From Pseudothermotoga sp. (GTDB taxonomy: Bacteria > Thermotogota > Thermotogae > Thermotogales > DSM-5069): a stretch of DNA of 64,000 nucleotides. Position 1 is the first letter of the stretch. The number at the start of each line of letters is the position of its first letter. Under the pieces are notes generated by a model. That model worked only from the letters and a program-made list of their open reading frames with translations, ran no database searches and was not told the origin of the DNA. The translations under genes and the position numbers were made by a program. Below, in pieces: positions 39,081 to 48,550 of this stretch. The stretch is from NCBI GenBank assembly GCA_031962025.1, contig JAVRKW010000002.1, one strand, 5' to 3'.

Positions 39081-40382
39081 TCACCATCCAAGCTTTACTA
39101 CCCAAAAGTCATCGTTACCATGACTTCCACTCACATCACCATCGTTTGACCAAGTATACCCAGCTACTATGTATCCACCATCAGCAGTCTGTTGAATTGA
39201 ATATGCTCCATCAGAAAAAGATCCACCAAGTGCTTTTTGCCAGACTATATTCCCATTTCTGTCAAGTTTTACTACCCAAAAATCATCATTACCATGATTT
39301 CCACTCACATCACCATCGTTTGACCAAGTATACCCAGCTACTATGTATCCACCATCAGTAGTCTGTTGAATTGAATATGCTTCATCATTCCCAGATCCAC
39401 CAAGTGCTTTTTGCCATTGTTTATTCCCATTACTGTCAAGTTTTACTACCCAAAAGTCATAACCACCATGATATCCGCTTCCACTCACATCACCATCGTT
39501 TGACTCAGTATACCCAGCCACTATGTATCCACCATCAGTAGTCTGTTGAATTGAATATGCTTCATCATAAGAAGATCCACCAAGTGCTTTTTGCCAGACT
39601 ATATTCCCATTACTGTCAAGTTTTACTACCCAAAAGTCACTGTTACCATGATTTCCACTCACATCACCATCGTTTGAGTTAGTATACCCAGCCACTATGT
39701 ATCCACCATCAGTAGTCTGTTGAATTGAATGTGCTACATCCCAATCAGATCCACCGAGTGCTTTTTGCCATGCTATATTTCCACTATTGTCAAGTGTTAC
39801 TACCCAAAAGTCATAGTCACCATCGTCTGACTCAGTATACCCAGCCACTATATATCCACCATCAGTAGTCTGTTGAACTGAATTTGCTTCATCATCATTA
39901 GATCCCCCAAGTACTTTTTGCCATTTTATATTCCCATCACTGTCAAGTTTTACTACCCAAAAGTCAGTTCCACCATGATATTCGCTTCCATTCACATCAC
40001 CGTTGTTTGAAGCAGTATACCCAGCAACTATGTAACCACCATCAGCAGTCTGTTGAACTGAATTTGCTACATCAAAAGAAGATCCACCGAGTGCTTTTTG
40101 CCATTCTATATTTCCATTACTGTCAAGTTTTACTATCCAAAAATCATAACGACCATTATTTTCACTCACATCACCATCGTCTGACCAAGTATACCCAGCA
40201 ACTATGTAACCACCATCAGCAGTCTGTTGAATTGAATTTGCTTCATCAAAAGAAGATCCACCGAGTGCTTTTTGCCAGATGATTCTAGGTGCTGTTTCTT
40301 GTTGACTGGGAACGGTTGCACAGTTTTCAAGGAAAATTGCAAGTAGGAAACTCAGAACAAACATTACCCAGGATTTTTTCAT
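39081..40382 (-). CDS. Putative lipoprotein, seven-repeat beta-propeller
   Basis: Signal peptide ending LENC (Cys21), then 7 repeats WQKALGGS..D.A.S.QQT.DGGYIVAGYT...DFWVVKLD..G. Confidence 0.88.
   Translation of the reverse strand: MKKSWVMFVLSFLLAIFLENCATVPSQQETAPRIIWQKALGGSSFDEANSIQQTADGGYIVAGYTWSDDGDVSENNGRYDFWIVKLDSNGNIEWQKALGGSSFDVANSVQQTADGGYIVAGYTASNNGDVNGSEYHGGTDFWVVKLDSDGNIKWQKVLGGSNDDEANSVQQTTDGGYIVAGYTESDDGDYDFWVVTLDNSGNIAWQKALGGSDWDVAHSIQQTTDGGYIVAGYTNSNDGDVSGNHGNSDFWVVKLDSNGNIVWQKALGGSSYDEAYSIQQTTDGGYIVAGYTESNDGDVSGSGYHGGYDFWVVKLDSNGNKQWQKALGGSGNDEAYSIQQTTDGGYIVAGYTWSNDGDVSGNHGNDDFWVVKLDRNGNIVWQKALGGSFSDGAYSIQQTADGGYIVAGYTWSNDGDVSGSHGNDDFWVVKLGW
39084..40277 (-). repeat. Seven tandem intragenic repeats of 153-180 nt
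   Basis: Units of 58, 60, 51, 58, 60, 58 and 53 codons sharing long identical DNA blocks such as CCACCATCAG(C/T)AGTCTGTTGAA. Confidence 0.95.
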
Positions 40383-40610
40383 AACACTCCCCTCCTGCTT
40401 AAAGGTTTTGGTTTGTGTTATATCACATCATATCATAAAATTCAATATCAATCACAAAAATTTACAAAACCCAAAAATCACACAGGACAATCAAATATAC
40501 AAAAGTAGCCAGTGAATTTGCAATAAAAAGTAGGTACACAGGAATACCCTGTGAAAATAAGGCGGCACAGGCTATCAAACTTTTCACAAAGCCTATACTT
40601 TGAATGGATG

Positions 40611-41603
40611 TTATTTAACCCTAACAACACTGGATCTTTCGATGAGCTTTACATCGAGTATGTTTTCTTCTACCTGATTTTCACCGATGACTGAAAGAAA
40701 AGCCTGCCGACCGAGTTCTTTTCTGTCTATGTGCACGGTGGTCAGCGGGGGGTTGATGATGCTTGAAAAGACCAGATCGTCTACGCCCACAACGCTCAGT
40801 TGATCTGGAATCTTTATTTTCATCTCTTTTGCGGCGTTGATGACTGCATAGGCAAATATGTCGTTATAACAGAAAACAGCCGTTATTTTCTTTGACAGTT
40901 CTGTTTGCAGGAACTCTTTAAATTTCCCATAAGAATTTTCAAACCCTTCTGAAGAATTTATAATGTGCTGTGACAGTCCTGCTTTTTTCATTGCCGTTGA
41001 ATAGCCTTTCTGACGAAATTGAGATGTGAATTTTTCTGGCAATGAATTGAACATTAGGATATTCTCGTGACCCATCTGGATCAGATATTCTGTTGCGATG
41101 TAGCCAATTTTTTCGTCATCCGGTCTGACAGATTTTAGACCTCTAAAGTGTGATCCAACGATCACTATATTGGTCTTGTGATTCACGCCAAGCAAAAATT
41201 CCCAGTTGCGCTGGGTCGATGTGATGATTATTCCATCGACTCTTCTTTCGATCATTTTAATAACGGCTGTTCTTTCACGTTCTGGATCTCTGTAGGTATT
41301 GACGAGTATCGTTTCAAAGCCTTTTTCATAAGCCGCGTCCTCTATTCCGCTCAAGACATCCGCATAGAATGGGTTTGAGTTATCGACTATTACAACACCT
41401 ATGATTCTGGTTTTTCTCTGTCTCAGTGAAAGAGCCGTTTTGTCTTTGTAGTATCCAATATTTCTCGCAATTTCTAAAATCTTTTGTTTTGCCTGCTGGC
41501 TCACATACCCCCTGCCGCTCAGAGCTCTTGAGACTGTGTTTATTGAATAACCACTGAGCTGAGCTATGTCTTTTATTGTCACCTGGCTTTTCTTCACCTT
41601 CAC
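40611..41603 (-). CDS. LacI-family transcriptional regulator (putative SQ operon repressor)
   Basis: VTIKDIAQLSGYSINTVSRALS HTH; IPDQLSVVGVDD...PPLTTV. Confidence 0.93.
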   Translation of the reverse strand: MKVKKSQVTIKDIAQLSGYSINTVSRALSGRGYVSQQAKQKILEIARNIGYYKDKTALSLRQRKTRIIGVVIVDNSNPFYADVLSGIEDAAYEKGFETILVNTYRDPERERTAVIKMIERRVDGIIITSTQRNWEFLLGVNHKTNIVIVGSHFRGLKSVRPDDEKIGYIATEYLIQMGHENILMFNSLPEKFTSQFRQKGYSTAMKKAGLSQHIINSSEGFENSYGKFKEFLQTELSKKITAVFCYNDIFAYAVINAAKEMKIKIPDQLSVVGVDDLVFSSIINPPLTTVHIDRKELGRQAFLSVIGENQVEENILDVKLIERSSVVRVK

Positions 41604-43012
41604 ACCTCTTCAGCTTTCATGTAGTCTTTGTATGGAAGTACTTTTAAAATCTTCAGATCGAGCCAGTAGCTCAGTTCAAAGAGCTCTTCTTCCCAGTTTC
41701 CTTTCACGACGCAAAAATGGTGCTCCAGACCGTATGTCATAATGGTGTTTATCAGATCGAGCACACTCAGTTTTTGTTCACCCAAAGCCATGCTGTGTAA
41801 CCAGCCGCGGCTGCCATCGAAAGACGGCTTGGAATCGCCGGTGAATTCACCTCTGAAGAAGAATATACCACGTCCATTGTCGGTCAATCTCATGACAGTT
41901 GCCGGCATTTTATCCAAAACCATGCTTGCAACCGGTGCCATCGTGAGCCAGCCTTTTTGCGGGTCAAACGGTCCGGGATTGAAGTGCTTTTCCATCCAGA
42001 CATTTTGAGAGTAGCATTTACTGCCAATTCCACAATGCCAAAACAGAACGCTGTCGTCCTTCATGTCTATATGGGAAATGTCAAAAATCAGAGAAGGACA
42101 TTTTGCTATGTATCTGAGTATGAGCATGCTCAGAGCTCCGTAAAGATCACCCTCGCACGAGACTGTGATACCCATGTCATTTAAAAATCCAAAACTGGCA
42201 CATGGAACCATTGAAAGTTGCGATCTGAACTGAGGCCAGCAGGTTATTGCAAAAGCTTCATAACCTGATTGATAAAGCTCTTTAATCACATCGACCAGCA
42301 AAGCGGCTTTTGGTAGAGTCTGATTGGAAAGATTGTCTATACTGTTAAAATGTCTTTTCATCTGATCGATTGTGGTTTCAGCCTGTTTTTGAGAAGCCAT
42401 CAATCTAACCAGTTCTTTGAAGCTGATTTTTTCAACGGTTATGCCAAAATGATTGTATATATCAGATGGTTCATAAGCCAAATTGTCAAATCCTGGAGCC
42501 CAGCCTTCCACCTGGAGTATTTTTTTGTTTTTCAAGTTCTTAATGACACTCAGGGTTTTGAGCGTCAAAGTGATGCGTTTTTTGAAAATTTCCTGATCTG
42601 GATATCCATAAAACCATTTGAACTTTCTGTGTGGTTTTTTCTTTCGAAGGATACTGGCATTCAAGTTCATCGCACACAGTGAGTTTAAAGGCAACGGTCC
42701 GTGGTCTCCTTCTTCAGGTATAGCCCACAAACCGAGAAAGGTCTCCAGCTCAGAAAAAACCTGTATCAGATAGCCAGATGCGAAAGAAGCGTTCAAAATT
42801 AACAGAAAATCTATGCCTTCAGCTTCAAGCTCTTTCACTGATCTTTGTGCATCTTCAACATTTGCAACGAGTTTTTTCACATGGTACAGATCAAAATCAA
42901 GTTGTTTGGAGAGCTCATGCAAACCTGTAAGACATCTGTTGAATACAGCTTCTTTATTTCCTCTGAAATTTGGTTGCATTAAACCTACCAGACCCACTTT
43001 CAATCTTTCCAA
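41600..43012 (-). CDS. L-fucose/L-arabinose isomerase-family protein; putative sulfoquinovose isomerase (SqvD/SftI-like)
   Basis: CWP, SCEGD, WHCG, EHH motifs of fucose-isomerase-like proteins; operon context. Confidence 0.72.
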   Translation of the reverse strand: MERLKVGLVGLMQPNFRGNKEAVFNRCLTGLHELSKQLDFDLYHVKKLVANVEDAQRSVKELEAEGIDFLLILNASFASGYLIQVFSELETFLGLWAIPEEGDHGPLPLNSLCAMNLNASILRKKKPHRKFKWFYGYPDQEIFKKRITLTLKTLSVIKNLKNKKILQVEGWAPGFDNLAYEPSDIYNHFGITVEKISFKELVRLMASQKQAETTIDQMKRHFNSIDNLSNQTLPKAALLVDVIKELYQSGYEAFAITCWPQFRSQLSMVPCASFGFLNDMGITVSCEGDLYGALSMLILRYIAKCPSLIFDISHIDMKDDSVLFWHCGIGSKCYSQNVWMEKHFNPGPFDPQKGWLTMAPVASMVLDKMPATVMRLTDNGRGIFFFRGEFTGDSKPSFDGSRGWLHSMALGEQKLSVLDLINTIMTYGLEHHFCVVKGNWEEELFELSYWLDLKILKVLPYKDYMKAEEV

Positions 43013-44970
43013 AGTTTCTCACCAGCCTTTCTTATGAAAAACGCAGGTTTTCCCAGCGGGGCAGGGACTTTGTGTTCTCCGCCGTGGTACTCTTTGCCAG
43101 TCCAGTAATGGATCCATTGATCATCTGGCAGATAAACTGTTAACTCCTGTACCCCCTGGTTTAACACTGGTGCCACCAGTATGTCCCTACCCAGCAAAAA
43201 TTCGTATTGTTCTGTATAGCAACGCGGTTCATCATAGTGAAGGAAAAGAGGTCTTATAATTGGTAACCCGGTTTTGCAGTATTCATCGATGTATTTTAAA
43301 AAGACACTCTTGAGTTTTCTGTGGAGTTCTGTCATACTCACGAAGTGCTCAATTGTTTCTTCATCTGAATCAAATTGCCAGTTTTCATCTGGCCAGTTGC
43401 CTTCATGGGTTCTCATAACCGGTGTGAAAACAGAGAGTTCAGTCCATCTCAGAAACAGTTCTTTTGATCTCACCGTTCTCACCAGATCAGGGACGTTTTT
43501 CGCCAAAGTCGTGTAGCCGCCGATATCAGAATGAACCAGGGCAACCCCGCTCAGACCAAGAGAGAGTGTTGCCGGTATCACGCTGGCTAAACCGTCGTCT
43601 TTCGACCAGTTGACCAGTTGATCACCATTCCAGTAAAGAGGAGTGTATTTTGCACTGCCGGTGTAACCAGAACGCATGAAGTAGACAATATCGTCCCGTT
43701 TTGATTCTTTGACAGCTTCGTAATTCAATTGAGCCCATAGAGCTGGAAATTTGTTGTGCAAAAGTTCTCCAAACTCACCGCTGTAAACTACAGCATCTAC
43801 AGGAAAGTATTCTCCATAATCTGCCATCCAGCCAGACAATCCTATGCCGATCATGTTCTGCTTGATCACATTTTTCAACCACTCTCTGGCGTATGGATTT
43901 GTCAAATCGACCATCGCCGCAGAGAAGGTAGTCACAACGATGTGATATTCCTCACCGTTTTGTTTTTTCACAAGAAAACCTCTGGCACTGGCTTCTTTGT
44001 AAAGATTGCCTTCGAGTGCCAGAAAAGGATTTATGTATCCCAGAACACGTATCTCTTCTTTTTTGAGTTTTTGAATAGTTTCAGGTAAATCAGGGTAGAG
44101 ATTCTCTGAGTATTCCCAGTTCCACATCAACTGTTTTCCAAAAGTTGTAATTCTTTTTCCTTCCCAGTCCTGAATCCAGACACCTGCTATTTTTAGCCCT
44201 TTGCTTCTCATTTTATCTATTTTTTTGAGCATTATCTCGCTTCCACCCTGTATACCCAGAATCGCTCCGTCAAGAATCCAATCGGCGATCCTTGGCTGTC
44301 TGCCGAGCAATTCTGTCATCTTGCCAAAAAGATCCTGCCAGTCCTGAGCTGAGTATATCTTCACTGTTATCGGTAATTGCCAGACTTCTATCTGAGCATA
44401 GTCTTTGGTGAAATCAAATACCATGTAAGAGGAACCGCCGATGTGACAGAAATACAGCTCTGAAGAGACAAAAGTTGGTTGGGGAAAATAAGTGGTGTAC
44501 CAGTCACCACCGGCATTGGAAGACAGGTCGGCAAAGAGAGTTATCAGGTCTTTTTTGTTTCGTCCGACACCCTGTTCGCTCACCCAGATAGGAAGTTTTT
44601 TTCCTCTCAGGTCAAAATATGAGTACTGTTCGCCGCATCCGTAGATATGTTCGTTGTTTTTTAAAGGCAGTCTGAACCAGATTCTGTTCAGAGTTTTGTC
44701 GATTGGTTCAAAGGTGATCTGAAGACAGCCGTCTGATTCTTCAAAAATTACAGTCAGCAATTCTTCAAAACTCACTTTGTTTTCGTGGATGGAAAATTTT
44801 CTCAAAGGCACTTTGAGAAACAGCTCATCTGTGATCTGAAAATTCCCATGGTGCATTTCAAAGTCTGCTTTTCCAATGCCGCAGAAAAACAGTGGATTAT
44901 CTTCTTTGTGAGAGATTAAGAGATTTTTGTATCTAACTTCAAAACCACTGGTTGTTCTGTTGATTTTCAT
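43000..44970 (-). CDS. yihQ: GH31 sulfoquinovosidase (YihQ clade)
   Basis: SEQGVGRNK, LGIQGG, WIQDW, GWMADYGEY (nucleophile), GDQLVNWSKDDG (acid/base), HSDIGGYTTL, MRTHEGN. Confidence 0.88.
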   Translation of the reverse strand: MKINRTTSGFEVRYKNLLISHKEDNPLFFCGIGKADFEMHHGNFQITDELFLKVPLRKFSIHENKVSFEELLTVIFEESDGCLQITFEPIDKTLNRIWFRLPLKNNEHIYGCGEQYSYFDLRGKKLPIWVSEQGVGRNKKDLITLFADLSSNAGGDWYTTYFPQPTFVSSELYFCHIGGSSYMVFDFTKDYAQIEVWQLPITVKIYSAQDWQDLFGKMTELLGRQPRIADWILDGAILGIQGGSEIMLKKIDKMRSKGLKIAGVWIQDWEGKRITTFGKQLMWNWEYSENLYPDLPETIQKLKKEEIRVLGYINPFLALEGNLYKEASARGFLVKKQNGEEYHIVVTTFSAAMVDLTNPYAREWLKNVIKQNMIGIGLSGWMADYGEYFPVDAVVYSGEFGELLHNKFPALWAQLNYEAVKESKRDDIVYFMRSGYTGSAKYTPLYWNGDQLVNWSKDDGLASVIPATLSLGLSGVALVHSDIGGYTTLAKNVPDLVRTVRSKELFLRWTELSVFTPVMRTHEGNWPDENWQFDSDEETIEHFVSMTELHRKLKSVFLKYIDEYCKTGLPIIRPLFLHYDEPRCYTEQYEFLLGRDILVAPVLNQGVQELTVYLPDDQWIHYWTGKEYHGGEHKVPAPLGKPAFFIRKAGEKLWKD

Positions 44971-44992
44971 TTATATCACCTCATGGTATACT

Positions 44993-46408
44993 TCAGGAAA
45001 TATCAAAAGCCACCGTTTTGATTTCTGTCATTTCTTCTATGGCAAACCTGATTCCCTCTCTTCCTATTCCACTGTCTTTGTAGCCACCGTACGGCATGAA
45101 ATCTGCCCTGAATCTGGGACCTTCATTTATCATGACGCCGCCAAAATTGAGTTCTTTTATGGCTCTGAACGCTTGCTGAATATCCCTTGTGAATAAACCA
45201 ACCTGAAGACCGTACTTTGTAGAGTTTGCTTCCTCAATAGCCTGGTCAAAGGTTTCAAAAGGATTTACGGCAACGGCAGGACCAAAGAGTTCATCTGTCA
45301 TTATCTTGGTGTTTTTCGGCACCTGACATAGCACAGTGGGTTCTATCAGATTTCTGTCTCTGCTGCCGCCAGTTAGAAGTTTTCCACCTGCTTTGACTGC
45401 TTCATCGATCCATTCTGTGATTCTGTCTGCGTTTGATCTGTCTATGACCGGTCCCATCTGAGTTTCTTGTAGTTCTGGATCTCCAACCTTTAATTTGCTG
45501 ACTTGATCGACAAGCATTTCCAGAAATTCCTTGTAAACTTTTTTGTGAACGTAAATTCGCTGAACCGATATACAAACCTGCCCGGCTATTGAGAAACCAC
45601 CGCTGACTGCCGCTTTAACCGCTTTGGATAGATCGGCACTCTCACAAACTATCATCGGGGAATTGGAACCAAGTTCCAGACACAGTTTCTTGATTCCTGC
45701 ATTCTTTGCAATGAGTTCACCCACGGGGACGCTCCCGGTGAAGCTGACTACTCTGACTCGTCTGTCCTGAACGAGCTTCAAGCCGACTTGATTTCCCGAA
45801 CCGGTTATGATGCTCAGTGCTTCTTCAGGCATTCCGGCTTCAAGCAGTATCTCACCAAGAAGCAGTGTGTTCAGTGGAGTTTTTGATGCAGGTTTTATTA
45901 TTACCGCATTACCTGCGGCAATTGCAGGTGCCACTTTGTGACCACACAGGGCTAAAGGCACGTTGAATGGAACGATGGCTAAAACAACGCCGGCAGGTTC
46001 GCGCACAAAGTAACCTATTTTTTCTTGCGAACTTTTTAAAGAATCAAAAGGAAGTGTTTCGCCGTGAATTCTTTTTGCCTCTTGTGCGGCATATTCAAAG
46101 ATTTCCGCTGTTCTGATAACCTCTGCCATCGCTTCGTTGAAAGTTTTGCCGACTTCCTTTACCAATAACTTTGCCATCTGATCTTTTTTTTGAATGAGAA
46201 TCTCTGATGTTTTTTGCAGAATCTCAGATCTCTTCCACGCCGGCATGTTTTTCATCTGCTGTGCACCTTTTACTGCGGCGCTTAAAGCGTTTTCAATATC
46301 TTCTTCAGTTGCTTTTGGTACGGTATCAACAACGGTTTCATCGTAAGGATAATAAACTTCGATTTTCTGGGGTTTGTCTATCCAGCGTCCGGCTATTAAC
46401 ATCTTCAT
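44993..46408 (-). CDS. NAD(P)-dependent aldehyde dehydrogenase; putative sulfolactaldehyde dehydrogenase
   Basis: PFNVP, FTGS, LELGSN, GQVCIS catalytic Cys, ELFGP; substrate inferred from context. Confidence 0.8.
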   Translation of the reverse strand: MKMLIAGRWIDKPQKIEVYYPYDETVVDTVPKATEEDIENALSAAVKGAQQMKNMPAWKRSEILQKTSEILIQKKDQMAKLLVKEVGKTFNEAMAEVIRTAEIFEYAAQEAKRIHGETLPFDSLKSSQEKIGYFVREPAGVVLAIVPFNVPLALCGHKVAPAIAAGNAVIIKPASKTPLNTLLLGEILLEAGMPEEALSIITGSGNQVGLKLVQDRRVRVVSFTGSVPVGELIAKNAGIKKLCLELGSNSPMIVCESADLSKAVKAAVSGGFSIAGQVCISVQRIYVHKKVYKEFLEMLVDQVSKLKVGDPELQETQMGPVIDRSNADRITEWIDEAVKAGGKLLTGGSRDRNLIEPTVLCQVPKNTKIMTDELFGPAVAVNPFETFDQAIEEANSTKYGLQVGLFTRDIQQAFRAIKELNFGGVMINEGPRFRADFMPYGGYKDSGIGREGIRFAIEEMTEIKTVAFDIS

Positions 46409-46423
46409 TTTCAGCCACCACCT

Positions 46424-47578
46424 TCAAGCACTTCTGAAGAGTTTTGTTAGAACAAATTCGTTGTGCCTGAGTATCTCTGCTTTTACGAGCTGACCATTTG
46501 CCGTTCTGACAACTCTATCCCACAGTGAATCGGCAGCCTGATCCAGATTCACCTCTCCTCTGAGTAAAGATGAAACGTCGACATCTATGTGTTCGTTCAT
46601 CGTCTGAGCAGTTTTGGGATTGGCAGTTATTTTGATAACCGGTATGATCGGATTTCCTATGGGATTTCCCTGACCTGTTGGGAACAGATGAATAACGGCA
46701 CCGGCTGCTGCAAAAAGCGTTACAGCTTCGGCTGCGGCAGAGGACGTGTTCATGAAATAAAGCCCTTTGCCTGGTGCTGGGTCGGCAAAATCTAAAGCTC
46801 CGTCGATCATTGCGTTACCGATCTTTTGGATATTTCCCAGTGCTTTTTCTTCAATAGTACTCAGTCCACCGGCGATGTTTCCCTCGGTTGGTTGAGAGCC
46901 GAGTAGATCCACACCCTGAGATTTGACAAGTTCCTGGTATTCATTGAAAAATTTCATGAATTTTTCTCTCTCGGTCTGGCTTTTGAATCTAAGAGCGACT
47001 ATGTGTTCTGCGCCTGTGAGTTCTGTGGTTTCTCCAAACAGCACCGTTCCACCGATTTGCAAAAATCTCTCTGTGAAACGTCCAACGACTTTGTTCGCTC
47101 CCAGACCGGAAGTTGTATCAGATTCACCGCATTTGAGACTTATAGTGAGCTCACTTATGTCGACCGGCTCTCTCTTCAAAGCGGTTGCATCTTCAACCAG
47201 TTTGACGGCTGCCCTTGTAACCTTTTCTATGGTTTTGATCTGTCCACTGCCTTCAACCCAGAACGCTTCAACTGGCTTGCCTGTTTTTGCTATCTCATCG
47301 GCTATTCTGTGTGTCCAGTTTGGTTCAATTCCAACAACGATGGCGGCGGCGACATTTGGATTTTTACCGGTTCCTATCATCGTCTTGAAAAATAATTTTA
47401 GATCATCTCCAAACTGCAGCCTTCCGTATGGATGCGGAATTGCAAGAGTACCTCTCACGATTTTCTCAACAGCTTCGACTACCGCATTGGATATGTCATC
47501 GACAGGAATTAAAAGGACGTAGTTTCGCACGCCAACTGTGCCGTCTTTTCTTCTATAGGCAATAATCTGTCTTTCCAT
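46424..47578 (-). CDS. suyB: Sulfolactate sulfo-lyase large subunit (UxaA family)
   Basis: PVDDISN, PHPYGRLQFG, KCGESDTT, SSAAAE, FPTGQGN and C-terminal TKLFRSA match recalled SuyB-clade sequences. Confidence 0.82.
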   Translation of the reverse strand: MERQIIAYRRKDGTVGVRNYVLLIPVDDISNAVVEAVEKIVRGTLAIPHPYGRLQFGDDLKLFFKTMIGTGKNPNVAAAIVVGIEPNWTHRIADEIAKTGKPVEAFWVEGSGQIKTIEKVTRAAVKLVEDATALKREPVDISELTISLKCGESDTTSGLGANKVVGRFTERFLQIGGTVLFGETTELTGAEHIVALRFKSQTEREKFMKFFNEYQELVKSQGVDLLGSQPTEGNIAGGLSTIEEKALGNIQKIGNAMIDGALDFADPAPGKGLYFMNTSSAAAEAVTLFAAAGAVIHLFPTGQGNPIGNPIIPVIKITANPKTAQTMNEHIDVDVSSLLRGEVNLDQAADSLWDRVVRTANGQLVKAEILRHNEFVLTKLFRSA

Positions 47579-47582
47579 ACTC

Positions 47583-47864
47583 TCACCCCCATCTTAAACT
47601 CTTTATGTTGTGTACGTGAACGTGTTCACCTTTTTTGATGTCACTGGTAGCAATCCCGATTACTTCACCATATTCGATGACCTTTTCTCCCTTTTTTATT
47701 TCTCTGAGCGCTATCTTGTGACCGAGTGGTATATCCTGCAAAACTTCGATTTGGTATTCACAGTCTTTATCCACTGTGAACCCCTTTGCCTTTGATCCTT
47801 TTTTAAGGTCAACAGTGGCTACACCAACATAATCACCGTTTTTGTGCACCAGAAAATCAATCAC
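47583..47864 (-). CDS. suyA: Sulfolactate sulfo-lyase small subunit (SAF domain)
   Basis: FLVH..D.VGVA, DIPLGHKIAL, GEHVHVHNIKSLRW; directly upstream of suyB. Confidence 0.8.
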   Translation of the reverse strand: MIDFLVHKNGDYVGVATVDLKKGSKAKGFTVDKDCEYQIEVLQDIPLGHKIALREIKKGEKVIEYGEVIGIATSDIKKGEHVHVHNIKSLRWG

Positions 47865-47876
47865 TGAAATCCCTCC

Positions 47877-48536
47877 TTAACCATAGATTGAATCCCAGGA
47901 TTGCGAGAATACCTTCAAGCCCATCTCCGTGTAAGGGCTCTCAAAGGCTTTTTTGTAAACATCAAAAGCGCAGGTTATTATGTCCGCTCCGCACAGAGCG
48001 GCATCCACGAAGTGCTTGACCGATCTTGTGGCAGCCACTAAGATCTTTGAATCGTAATTGTAATTTTTAATTGCTCTTACAATAGATGGTATAAAGTTGG
48101 GGTCTATATCACCTCTCTCTTCTTTCCAGCCGACGAAAGGACTTATGTAAAAGGCTCCGAGCCTTGCCGCCTGAAGTGCCTGCACAAGATTGAAAACAAG
48201 TGTCATGTTGACTTTGATCTGCATTTTTTTGAGCCTTGCAAGTGCCTCAAAGCCGGGTTCTGTAGCGGGAATCTTTATGACAAAATTTTCTCCAAGATTT
48301 GAGAGCCTAACAGCTTCGCGGACGATATCTTCGCAATCACTCAAATGGGGGTTTACCTCTAAACTCACCGTGAAATCAGCTGATGGAATCATATCTTTGA
48401 CCTTTGAAGCGAATTCTTCAACCTTCATTCCTGCGCTCATCAAATGCCGGGGGTTGGTTGTCACGCCGTCGATTTTCCATTTTTTGATTGCATATTCGAT
48501 CTCGTCCAGCTTTGCACTGTCAAGAAAAAACAACAT
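47877..48536 (-). CDS. sqvA: Sulfofructose transaldolase (SqvA/SftT type)
   Basis: Small transaldolase fold (FLDSA, VIKIP Schiff-base Lys) with TTNPRH and SPFVGWKE in place of the usual TTNPS and SPFVGR; ATG 48536 follows AGGAG. Confidence 0.85.
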   Translation of the reverse strand: MLFFLDSAKLDEIEYAIKKWKIDGVTTNPRHLMSAGMKVEEFASKVKDMIPSADFTVSLEVNPHLSDCEDIVREAVRLSNLGENFVIKIPATEPGFEALARLKKMQIKVNMTLVFNLVQALQAARLGAFYISPFVGWKEERGDIDPNFIPSIVRAIKNYNYDSKILVAATRSVKHFVDAALCGADIITCAFDVYKKAFESPYTEMGLKVFSQSWDSIYG

Positions 48537-48550
48537 CTTCATCACTCCTT

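Noticed and set aside
39056..40282. Repetitive His-rich + strand ORFs; also a diversity-generating retroelement explanation for the repeats
   Set aside because: Antisense shadows of the lipoprotein gene; no reverse transcriptase or template repeat in the window, and variation is not adenine-specific
42981..42990. AAACCTACCA, resembling the T. maritima DnaA box
   Set aside because: Single partial copy inside a coding sequence; likely chance
46424..47864. Generic altronate/galactarate dehydratase call and a hexuronate or fucose pathway for the operon
   Set aside because: SuyB-like motifs, the YihQ-type GH31, the SqvA-type transaldolase and the absence of any sugar kinase fit sulfosugar catabolism better
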